DNA from: a virus
Lineage: Duplodnaviria > Caudoviricetes
IMG/VR virus record: IMGVR_UViG_3300050160_000054
Span: 1-30,010 of that record
Strand: one strand, 5' to 3'
Length of the DNA: 30,010 nucleotides
Of the stretch, positions 1-7,827 are shown piece after piece. The notes below the pieces were generated by a model. That model was not told the DNA's origin, did not search any database, and was given only the letters and a program-made list of their open reading frames with translations. The translations under genes and the position numbers were made by a program. Position 1 is the stretch's first letter. Every line of letters begins with the position of its first letter.

Positions 1-286
1 CCGTGATGGTGGCGCTGGTCCAGCCCGGTGCCAGGTTGGTGAACGTAATAGGCACCCGGTTGTTGGTGGTGTCCACTGCGCCCACTGTGGCTGTGACTGC
101 AACGCCGCCCGCGGTGTAGCCGGCGCCAGTCACCTCGGTGGAGATGGAGCTGCGGAAGATGTGCGTGTCAAGGTCGGATTCGCTGGGCAGTGCCGACAGC
201 AGCATGCACTTGAATGAGCCGGTGGCGAAGTTGATAGCGCCACGTGCCAAGTGGTCAGCCAGGTTGCGGTAGTTCGATGATGCCAT
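1..286 (-). CDS. Putative virion structural protein (runs off window start)
   Basis: Own translation from ATG at 286 with CAGGAG RBS: MASSNYRNLADHLARGAINFATGSFKCMLL...TEVTGAGYTAGGVAV...; open to position 1; directly downstream of the portal. Confidence 0.7.
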   Translation of the reverse strand, partial: MASSNYRNLADHLARGAINFATGSFKCMLLSALPSESDLDTHIFRSSISTEVTGAGYTAGGVAVTATVGAVDTTNNRVPITFTNLAPGWTSATIT

Positions 287-349
287 TGTGTTTTCTCCTG
301 GAAAAGTCTGTGAAATGCGCTACGGGTGGCTGCACCTTGGCCACATTGC

Positions 350-2287
350 TCAGGACTCGTATTGGGTGACGGTGCTGACGATTTCACCGTCGGCGTCGTG
401 CTGGACGGTCTGGACAGCGCGCTTGGGGTGACTCTGGATGACATGCACTTGCGCCTGGGGCACGCTGGCCTCCAGCGTGACGTTGGGTGCAGCCACGCTG
501 ACGTTGACCACGGGCGCCGGTTGCTCTGGCACCTGAATGTTGACTTGCATTTCGCGCTCCATGACCGCTCGGGCGGTGGATTCAAACTTCTCAAAATAGG
601 GTGCGGCGGCTTTGGTGATGGCCGCATCCATGGCACTGGCAGTAACGTCCACGGCCAAGGCCACGGGCGGCGTTGCTGCGGGTGCGCGCTGCCCGGCCAC
701 CAGGGTGCGCAGCAGCTCATGAAGCACAGGTTCCGCGTCTTTGGTGGATTGGGACTTGGCGGCCACCGGCTCTGCAGCGGGTGCTGCCGAGGTGGCGCCG
801 GGGGTGCCGTCGTAGGCGGTAAGTTGCACCCCGACTTCAGCGGCCAGCTTCATGGCCATGGCAATGGCGTCGACCGTGTCTTCGAAGTCGTAACCCATGG
901 CCGCGCACAGGTCTTGCGGTGACATAAGGCCGGCTTTGACGGCGAGGATCTTGGCCTCCATGTCGCCTTTGGGGTCCACCCACTCCCAGCGGCGGGCCTG
1001 CCATTCATGGCGGCTGAACTTGGCCAGCTTGCTGTAAGGCAAGGCGTTGCCATTGGGGAATGTGATGGCGCCCATGAGCAAACTGGTGCTGAGCCACTTG
1101 CGGTACACGGGCTCCATGAAGACGTTGATGAACCACTCTTGATCGTCCATCCAGCGGTCGCGCTCTTCCAGTGCGCCTGAGCGGATGCTGCTGTAGCTGA
1201 CGCCCTCCAGATCGTTGCCGACGCTGTGATAGGCCACAGACCAGCCGCTGGCCACGCGCTGCAGGGCGGTTTTGACAAAGGGGCCGAATACCTCGTTGGG
1301 GTATTTGCTTTCGTGCGGGGTGAAGGTGACGCCGGAAGGCAGGGTGTCGTACACGCCGGGCTGGCTGGTGGTGATGATGGGGGCACCGGGCTCAGGGCTC
1401 TCTGGCGATCCAATCGGGGCCTGCGCCTCTGCGCTGGTGAAAAAGCCGTAGTGGTTGGCGCCATGCTCAGCGGCCAGCACCGCGGACAGCATGAAGCCGC
1501 CCAGGTGGTGCAGGCTCAGCATGCCGGGTGCCATCCAGGGAATGCCGCGCAGTTGTTCGGCCCGCTCTACCTTGAAGCGGTGCAGCACCTCGGTGGTGGG
1601 CACACGCACGCGGGTGCGGCTGGTGCTGGTGCCATCGCTGGGGTGGCCGGTGAACAGGTGCAGGGCTACGGGGCGGCGATAAGCATCTACCTCGACGCCC
1701 ATGATGACGGCGTTGGTGGAGCCGGTGGCGCTGAGGTTGTAGGTGGTGTCGATGCGGTCTACATCGATGACTTGCAGTGCAAAGCCGAAGCGGTTGCCTG
1801 CATCGGCACCGACGACCATGCGAACACAAAACTCACCATCGCTAGGCAGGCCGCCGACGATGGTGTTGCACAGGTCGCGCAGGCTTTGCTGGCCGCTGAT
1901 GTCGCAGGCGGAGGCCCACTCTTTCCACGCGGCCTCAATGGCGGCATTGGCTGCGCGGTCGGGTTTGCCGGGGCTGTCTTCAACACGCACTTGCAGGCGG
2001 ATGCCGCCGGGGCCGATGATGTTGCTGGTGACCATGCGGGTGAACTTGGCCGCATAGTCGTTGTTGTGGCGCAGGTCTCGGCCACGGGCGCGCAGGCGGT
2101 TAAGGTCGCCGCGCAGCTCCTGGTTGATTGACTGCTCGGTGGTGACCCAGTCGGATGCCAAGCGGCCGAGCTGAGCACCTTGGAAGCGGCGAATCTGAAG
2201 GCGGGCCGGCATGAGGCGGGCCACAGTATTGCTAACCGCGCGTGACAGGCCTGAGCGGACACGCTGGAGGAAGGTGCTGGTGGGCAT
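350..2287 (-). CDS. Phage portal protein, lambda family, with C-terminal extension
   Basis: LRARGRDLRHNNDYA, EQLRGIPW, DLEGVSYSSIRSG and WEWVDPKGD motifs; follows terminase and gpW-like gene. Confidence 0.95.
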   Translation of the reverse strand: MPTSTFLQRVRSGLSRAVSNTVARLMPARLQIRRFQGAQLGRLASDWVTTEQSINQELRGDLNRLRARGRDLRHNNDYAAKFTRMVTSNIIGPGGIRLQVRVEDSPGKPDRAANAAIEAAWKEWASACDISGQQSLRDLCNTIVGGLPSDGEFCVRMVVGADAGNRFGFALQVIDVDRIDTTYNLSATGSTNAVIMGVEVDAYRRPVALHLFTGHPSDGTSTSRTRVRVPTTEVLHRFKVERAEQLRGIPWMAPGMLSLHHLGGFMLSAVLAAEHGANHYGFFTSAEAQAPIGSPESPEPGAPIITTSQPGVYDTLPSGVTFTPHESKYPNEVFGPFVKTALQRVASGWSVAYHSVGNDLEGVSYSSIRSGALEERDRWMDDQEWFINVFMEPVYRKWLSTSLLMGAITFPNGNALPYSKLAKFSRHEWQARRWEWVDPKGDMEAKILAVKAGLMSPQDLCAAMGYDFEDTVDAIAMAMKLAAEVGVQLTAYDGTPGATSAAPAAEPVAAKSQSTKDAEPVLHELLRTLVAGQRAPAATPPVALAVDVTASAMDAAITKAAAPYFEKFESTARAVMEREMQVNIQVPEQPAPVVNVSVAAPNVTLEASVPQAQVHVIQSHPKRAVQTVQHDADGEIVSTVTQYES

Positions 2288-2301
2288 GAGGTGGGGCTGC
2301 C

Positions 2302-2868
2302 TTAGTAAGGGCCGCCGCCGAAGCGGACATAAACGCGGCGGGGGTCTGGCAGGCCACGGGCCACGGCGTTGGCTGCGTTTTCGACAACCAGCTCGGCCTT
2401 GTATTTGTCGCGCAGGCTCAGCAGCTCGGCCAAGGGAATGCGCTGCAGGCTGCGGCCGGCGATGGTGTAGTTGGCGGCGGTAAGGTTGTTGCCGTCTTCG
2501 AGGTAGGCCTCGATGTTGGCCAGCACCCGGCGAACATGGCTGCGGGCGTCAAGGGTGGCTGCGGAAAAGCTGCTCTGCACCGTGAAGGTGCCGCTGCCGA
2601 CGGTGTAGACCTCTAGGGACTTGGTGACGCGGGCGCGCCAGGCATATTCACCCGGCAACCAGCCGGCGGTGACCGATGCGGCTGCGGTGATGAGGTGGTC
2701 AGACCCGCTGGCGGTACCGATGATGGTGATTTTGCTGGTGCCATTGATGAGCACATAGCTGAGCACCCAGCCATCGGTGGCCGGGTAATCAGCCAGGGTA
2801 CGGAGCCACTTGGCGGTGTCGCCCGCAATGAGAACGTCGGGCTCTGTGGTGGGTGTTGGTGCAGCCAT
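2302..2868 (-). CDS. Head-tail joining/adaptor protein (gpW-like C-terminus)
   Basis: YTIAGRSLQRIPLAELLSLRDKYKAEL motif; immediately upstream of the portal. Confidence 0.7.
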   Translation of the reverse strand: MAAPTPTTEPDVLIAGDTAKWLRTLADYPATDGWVLSYVLINGTSKITIIGTASGSDHLITAAASVTAGWLPGEYAWRARVTKSLEVYTVGSGTFTVQSSFSAATLDARSHVRRVLANIEAYLEDGNNLTAANYTIAGRSLQRIPLAELLSLRDKYKAELVVENAANAVARGLPDPRRVYVRFGGGPY

Positions 2869-2894
2869 TTGGCCCCTACTTTGGGGGCCTGACT

Positions 2895-2922
2895 GTCTAG
2901 TTTTTAAGGCAAAGAACTAGAC
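2895..2922. promoter_or_regulatory. Dyad site GTCTAGTT-N12-AACTAGAC, candidate Mor/C-activator site of the late promoter
   Basis: Perfect 8-bp inverted repeat between the Mor gene stop and the first head gene. Confidence 0.55.
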
Positions 2923-2926
2923 GTTT

Positions 2927-3262
2927 TCAGCTTTTGATGATCTGCCAGATGCGGGGCCTGCTTAATTTGTAGCGGCGCTCCAGCAGTGCGATGCGCTCGC
3001 CTTTGAGGTAGTCGGCTTTGATCTGGGCGTTGCGCTGGCTGCTGCCCTCCCCTGCCCGGCTGGCGATATAGGGGCGATCCCCCGCCCATTTGGCGCGGAC
3101 CTGCTTGTCCACCTGCTTGGCAATGGCCGCACTGAAATCGGGCGCCATGGCAATGACGGTGGCCAGTATGTCGTGGATGATGTCGTTTTCGCTGGCTTGG
3201 AATTCCGCAGCGGTGGCAGCGGTACCTTGGGTTTGGGGGGTGCTGTCGGTTTTGGTCACCAT
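2927..3262 (-). CDS. Mor/C-family transcription activator
   Basis: WAGDRPYI...RNAQIKADYLKGERIALLERRYKLSRPRIWQII matches the Mor-family HTH pattern. Confidence 0.85.
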   Translation of the reverse strand: MVTKTDSTPQTQGTAATAAEFQASENDIIHDILATVIAMAPDFSAAIAKQVDKQVRAKWAGDRPYIASRAGEGSSQRNAQIKADYLKGERIALLERRYKLSRPRIWQIIKS

Positions 3263-5172
3263 GATGGCCTCTGTGGAGTGCGGTTAGGTCTTTGGATCAG
3301 GGGGCGTGGCGCCGGCTGCTGGACCGGTGCGGCGGCAGGCAGGTCGGGGGCTTCATAGACGCCCTGTGGGGTCTGGTTGAGCAGCAGCGCCTCGATGCGG
3401 TCCCAGTCGGCCTTGGTGGCGCGGTGCAGGCGCAGCTCAGGGTGGTGGGCAGCGGCAAAGGCGTAAACCCATGTGTCCAAGGGCTCGTTGCGGGCACCGC
3501 GGCGGTTCACAAACCGGTTTTGGGCGGGGTTGTAGGTTTCGGAAACCAGGCCGGGGAAGTATTCGGGCGGCAGCTCGCTGGTGAAGTGGGTGACGCGCAG
3601 CTCGGGGGCTTTGGCGCTGTCTACACTCAGGCGACTGTAGAGCCAGTGCTTGATGCCGACCGTGCCAACGTGGTGAACCATGACGCCGCGTTTGTCTTGC
3701 TGGCCCTTCCAAGTCACATCCTGCAGCTTGCCCTTGGACAGCACGGGCGCGTTGTTGGGGATAGCGCCGAAGATGCACAGGGGGCGGCGCACGCGGCGGC
3801 TGCGGACGAAGTTTTTCACATCCTCGGTGCGGTGGCCGCCGGCATCAACGGCCATGGCTTCCACCCGCAGAATGCCGCCGTGCTCGGACTGGATGGGCTT
3901 GTTGAGGTATTCGGTGAGCGCATTCCACACCTCGGGGCCGGCCGGATCGCCGGGCAGTTCCACATAGTCCAGCACCCAGAAGGCCATGCCACGGCCCCAG
4001 CCCACGAGCTGCACGGCCAAGCGGTTGTCTTGAGTGTCCACGCCGGCGGTGATGCAGAGCACGCCCTTGGGGGCCACGCGCAAGGCGTAGGGCTCGGCGC
4101 GATCGGCAATGGCGTTGTGCTTGACGTTGCGCATGGCTTGGTCTTCCCAGGCTTCGGCGCGGCGGTCGTTCATGAAGGTTTTGAGGCGGGCGGGATCGCC
4201 CTGAGCACTGACCCATGCTTGCGCCATGTCCAGCCAGCGGGGGCCGAGGCCGAAGCGGTAGTGCAGGAAGCTGGCACGGTAGCCGCGGATCCGGCGGCCC
4301 GGATGGGTGGGCACCCAGCGGCCACGGTCGCTCATCCAGTCTTTTTGGTGCTCTTCGATCTCGGCACCACAGTCTGGGCACACCACCCATGCGCGGGTGA
4401 CTTTGCCGTCAGGGCCGGTGGCCCAGTGGAAGCCGTCCCAGGTGAGCGGGTGCTCATGGCCACAGTGGGGGCAAGGCACGTGCCAGTGGCGCTGGTCGGA
4501 TTCTTCCCACTTGGCCTCAAGGCGGGACTGTCCGACGATTTCGGGGGTACCCACGCTCATGCGTTTGAAGGTGCTGGGGAAAGCGCTGGTGCGGCCATCG
4601 AGAAGCGCGTCGGGGTCGTCACCGGTTTTGAGGCTGCTGGCGAAGCTGTCGAATTCGTCAGCCACCACCAGTTTGGCACTGGTGCCCTTGAGGCGCTTGG
4701 GGCTGCCGGCGTGCTCGATGTAGAGCTGGCCACCGGCAAAGTCTTTGAATTCTTTGGCGTTGCTGCTGTTGCGACTGTTGGTGCTGGTGAGCACTTCGCT
4801 GCAGGCGGGGGTTTCCTCCAGCAGCGGGTTGAGCTTTTGGTTGATGAACTTGAGCTGGGAGACTTCGCCGGGCAGCACGGCCATGATGGGCCCCGGGTTC
4901 TCGCACATGGTGTAGCCGATGACGTTGGTCTCCAGCTCGGACTTGCCGAACTGGATCGGGAAGATGCACACGATCTCCTGCACCGGACTGCGGGCGGACA
5001 TGCTATCCATGGGCTCGCGCAGCATGGGGGTGCGATCGGTGGACCACGGGCCCGGGATGGCGCTGGCCTTGCTGCTGAGCACACGGTTGGCATCTGCCCA
5101 CTGGCTGACCGTGAGCGGCTTGCGCGGTGCGATGGAGCGCGAGGCTGTATGGAACAGGTCGGTGGCTTGCAT
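3256..5172 (-). CDS. terL: Terminase large subunit, lambda GpA family
   Basis: LTVSQWAD, Walker A-like IQFGKSE, VVADEFD, CPHCG/CPDCG, and AGVDTQ and NEPLDTWVYA nuclease motifs. Confidence 0.95.
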   Translation of the reverse strand: MQATDLFHTASRSIAPRKPLTVSQWADANRVLSSKASAIPGPWSTDRTPMLREPMDSMSARSPVQEIVCIFPIQFGKSELETNVIGYTMCENPGPIMAVLPGEVSQLKFINQKLNPLLEETPACSEVLTSTNSRNSSNAKEFKDFAGGQLYIEHAGSPKRLKGTSAKLVVADEFDSFASSLKTGDDPDALLDGRTSAFPSTFKRMSVGTPEIVGQSRLEAKWEESDQRHWHVPCPHCGHEHPLTWDGFHWATGPDGKVTRAWVVCPDCGAEIEEHQKDWMSDRGRWVPTHPGRRIRGYRASFLHYRFGLGPRWLDMAQAWVSAQGDPARLKTFMNDRRAEAWEDQAMRNVKHNAIADRAEPYALRVAPKGVLCITAGVDTQDNRLAVQLVGWGRGMAFWVLDYVELPGDPAGPEVWNALTEYLNKPIQSEHGGILRVEAMAVDAGGHRTEDVKNFVRSRRVRRPLCIFGAIPNNAPVLSKGKLQDVTWKGQQDKRGVMVHHVGTVGIKHWLYSRLSVDSAKAPELRVTHFTSELPPEYFPGLVSETYNPAQNRFVNRRGARNEPLDTWVYAFAAAHHPELRLHRATKADWDRIEALLLNQTPQGVYEAPDLPAAAPVQQPAPRPLIQRPNRTPQRPSW

Positions 5173-5174
5173 GA

Positions 5175-6002
5175 TCAGCCCTCTGCCCTGCCAAGCTTGC
5201 TGAGGTTGCGGGAGGCGGTGTCCAGCGCATGCTCGATTTCGGTGTGCAGCAGGGTTTTGACTTGCACTTCGTCGCTGGTGGCGGCGAGCTGTGGTGCCAG
5301 GTTGAAGGCGATGCCCTCGATGCTGGTGCGCAGCACGGTGATGACTTCGGCCATGACGGAGCGCACTTCGGAGGCGGGCAGCAGCTCGCGGATCTTCTCG
5401 CGGTAGCTGGCCTCGGCTTCCATAGCGGCGAAGTGCTCGCGCTTGGCTTTGCTGCCTTGGTAGTCGTAGCCCTGCCCAGCGGGTGGCTGGGTGCCCTCGC
5501 CTGCTATGTTTCCAGTAGCTGCTTGCACATACTCAGCGGGGGCTAGCGGCTGATTTTGTGTTTTTTCTGCATGGCCGGTAGCCACCTCGGCGATCAACTT
5601 CGCTGCACGGTCTACAGCATGGCGAGCAGCCACGCCTGCTTTGCTGAGGTCTTTGCTTGCCAGATATCGGTCGCGGCTTTCAGCACACAAGAAATAGTTC
5701 GGCTTCCCCGCACCTACAAGTTTGCCCTGATGCTCGAGCTCGTAGGTGTAGCTGACAGTTTTGATCTCCAAAAATTCAGCCAACTCTGCGCGATTCACCA
5801 CCTTTGGGAGCGGGTAGGTCAAAAATGCCTCACGATCCTCCGCAATACGGCTAGTGCGTTCTTTTGATTCCGCCACAAGTACATGCTGCCCATCTGGCGT
5901 AAGCGCTACGCGGCGGGTGTACACCAGGTGTGCAAACTGCTTGGGCTTGATGCCCAGCATCTTGCAGTATTCGGCGCGAGTGGCGGTTTCGGGGGTGCTC
6001 AT
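5175..6002 (-). CDS. terS: Terminase small subunit (Nu1-like)
   Basis: Start placed at MSTPETA (ATGA overlap with the upstream gene). N-terminal wHTH-like segments and helical C-terminus (AKREHFAAMEAE...LAPQLAATSD); directly upstream of terL. Confidence 0.8.
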   Translation of the reverse strand: MSTPETATRAEYCKMLGIKPKQFAHLVYTRRVALTPDGQHVLVAESKERTSRIAEDREAFLTYPLPKVVNRAELAEFLEIKTVSYTYELEHQGKLVGAGKPNYFLCAESRDRYLASKDLSKAGVAARHAVDRAAKLIAEVATGHAEKTQNQPLAPAEYVQAATGNIAGEGTQPPAGQGYDYQGSKAKREHFAAMEAEASYREKIRELLPASEVRSVMAEVITVLRTSIEGIAFNLAPQLAATSDEVQVKTLLHTEIEHALDTASRNLSKLGRAEG

Positions 6003-6202
6003 CGGGGAACCTCGCCTTTGAAATACTTCATGGGTTCGGGCTTCAGCCAGGCGGCGTGCACCTCTTTGGCTGGGCCAAGTGGGTAGGGTTCGGACTGATC
6101 CAGCTCGCGCACCCGGATGATTTCGCCGGATTGCATGGCGATGACCGGTTTGTCGCCGAGCAGGTAGCGGTGGCCTTGGTGAGCGATGGAGGCCATGGTC
6201 AT
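5999..6202 (-). CDS. Small phage hypothetical protein
   Basis: 67-aa ORF with ATGA overlaps to both neighbours. Confidence 0.65.
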   Translation of the reverse strand: MTMASIAHQGHRYLLGDKPVIAMQSGEIIRVRELDQSEPYPLGPAKEVHAAWLKPEPMKYFKGEVPR

Positions 6203-6978
6203 TCCCCCACTGCCTGCCGGATGCGGTAGCGCAGGCGGCGGGCCAAGTAGTTGTTGCTGTCGGCTTTGTCGGCAATGCGCTTCATGCTGAGGCGTGGCGT
6301 GTAGGTGGGGTTTTTGACAAACATGAGCACGGGGCGAACATCGGCGCCCGTAGTGCCCACGACTGCCCAGATGCCAGGTGCGAGGTGGCTGGTTTTGCCG
6401 CTGCGCAGCTTGCCGTAGGCCACGAAGTAGCGCCGGCCGGAGACCTTGCTGGTGCCTTTGATCAGGGAGGCCTTGCGCTTGTCGCTCATGCTGGCCTTGA
6501 AGCCCTGCTCCCCGAAGGCTTGGAAGTAGCTGATGAGCTGCACCAGAAAGGGCCCGCGCATGTTGCCGCGGCCATCGTCACTACCGGGGAAGGGAACGCG
6601 GGGCAGCGCGGTCTGGTAACCGGCAGGCAGGATGCCGGCACGGCGCAGGGCGACCTCGGAGCGCTTGTCACGGCGGGTGCCGCCGGCCTCTTGCGCGCGC
6701 AGGATCTGCTGGGGGTCTATGCCCTTGCCGCCAAAGTAGGTGGGCTCGATGGTGGCGCTGAGGCTGCTGGCGTCGGCCTGTTTGACGTAGACGCTTTTGA
6801 GGATGTAGGGCGTGGGGTCTTGGAAGACGCTGGCCAGCTCCGCCTGCATGGTGCGGCGCACCTGAAAGGCGGTGTCGTTGATGGCCTTGGCTGCGGCTTC
6901 GCGGAGCTGGGGGCCACTGAGCTGGTCGAGCTGCTTGCGGACCTTCTCCAAGCCGTCCATCTTGAGGGTGATTTTCAT
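6199..6978 (-). CDS. Conserved phage protein, possibly neck/tail-completion-like
   Basis: MKITLKMDGLEKV...AAAKAINDTAFQVR...FQDPTPYIL; basic, Arg-rich C-terminus; coupled to neighbours. Confidence 0.65.
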   Translation of the reverse strand: MKITLKMDGLEKVRKQLDQLSGPQLREAAAKAINDTAFQVRRTMQAELASVFQDPTPYILKSVYVKQADASSLSATIEPTYFGGKGIDPQQILRAQEAGGTRRDKRSEVALRRAGILPAGYQTALPRVPFPGSDDGRGNMRGPFLVQLISYFQAFGEQGFKASMSDKRKASLIKGTSKVSGRRYFVAYGKLRSGKTSHLAPGIWAVVGTTGADVRPVLMFVKNPTYTPRLSMKRIADKADSNNYLARRLRYRIRQAVGE

Positions 6979-7289
6979 GACTGGCCTTTTAGTCGCTCAA
7001 GTTGTGTGCGCAGTCCGTTCACTGTGCATGGCTCTATGCCTATTGGAGTGCCTGCATTGATGTTGTAGCCTTCGCCATGTGCCTTTAAGTGAGCTGCAAT
7101 AAGCTTTGCGTGCGGCGACATATGGCCGCACCAGCGGTCTAGATCATCTACCGCCCAGCGATAGCGATTACCCAAGTCCATGTGGTCTTGCCAGAGTCTT
7201 CTTTGCTCCTGGCGTCCAATTGCTTTACCTAATGCGTATGCAAGCCATATGGCCACTACTGCCGCGAAGATGATTTGCTCTTTGGTCAT
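6975..7289 (-). CDS. Hypothetical protein with N-terminal membrane anchor
   Basis: MTKEQIIFAAVVAIWLAYALG hydrophobic start; ATGA overlaps on both sides. Confidence 0.6.
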   Translation of the reverse strand: MTKEQIIFAAVVAIWLAYALGKAIGRQEQRRLWQDHMDLGNRYRWAVDDLDRWCGHMSPHAKLIAAHLKAHGEGYNINAGTPIGIEPCTVNGLRTQLERLKGQS

Positions 7290-7549
7290 GACGGGGTTCC
7301 CTCGGTGGTGGTGCTTTCGGTTTTTGCGGCTTTGGAGGCGATCAGCGCGGGGATGGCACCCAACCCCTGCGCCACACCCTCTTTGCTGCCGGTGAGCGTG
7401 ATTTGCAGGCTGCGCAGGCCGGGGAAGATGCCTTGGGCGATCAGGTCGCGGCAAAGGGTGCCGAGTTCAGGCCAGTCGCGCAGGGCTTGCTTGAATTCGG
7501 GGAGGTTTTCTTCCGTGCAGCGAATAGTTCGCGAGGTTATTTGCGACAT
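7286..7549 (-). CDS. Phage hypothetical protein
   Basis: MSQITSRTIRCTEENLPEFK..., the part of the track ORF downstream of the repeat-rich origin. Confidence 0.6.
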   Translation of the reverse strand: MSQITSRTIRCTEENLPEFKQALRDWPELGTLCRDLIAQGIFPGLRSLQITLTGSKEGVAQGLGAIPALIASKAAKTESTTTEGTPS

Positions 7550-7559
7550 GAAATTAACC

Positions 7560-7784
7560 TGAGACGTACTGAGTTGGATACTGAGACGGAAAAAACCCCC
7601 ATAACTTATTGATTCGTAAGGAATGAGACGGGTGAGACGGGTGAGACGGGATATATATTTTTGAAACGAGTTTTTTGTTTTGGTTTGCATGAGCGTGGCG
7701 CGTACTCGCGCACGTGCGCATGGAGCGCTGAAAACCCGTCTCATCCGTCTCACAGGGCTAAAACCCGTCTCACAGCCCGACTCA
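7560..7784. repeat. Putative replication origin: TGAGACGGG iterons, AT-rich core, IHF site
   Basis: TGAGACGGG x3 tandem (7624-7650) plus variants at 7560 and 7582; inverted copies at 7735-7752, 7764-7772 and 7776-7784; AT-rich 7651-7686; exact IHF consensus (AATCAATAAGTTA, minus strand) at 7602-7614; directly downstream of the primase. Confidence 0.75.
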
Positions 7785-7827
7785 GTTAGCGGCACAACGT
7801 CAAGACCCGGCACAAAATTGGCGAATT

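Noticed and set aside
3292-5406. 704-aa plus-strand ORF and similar long antisense ORFs
   Set aside because: Shadow frames of GC-rich genes such as terL; no recognisable motifs.
7560-7784. CRISPR array, or a coding extension of ORF 7286-7831
   Set aside because: Repeats are 9 bp, abutting and in both orientations with no spacers; the translation (LTRLTRL) just reflects the iterons.
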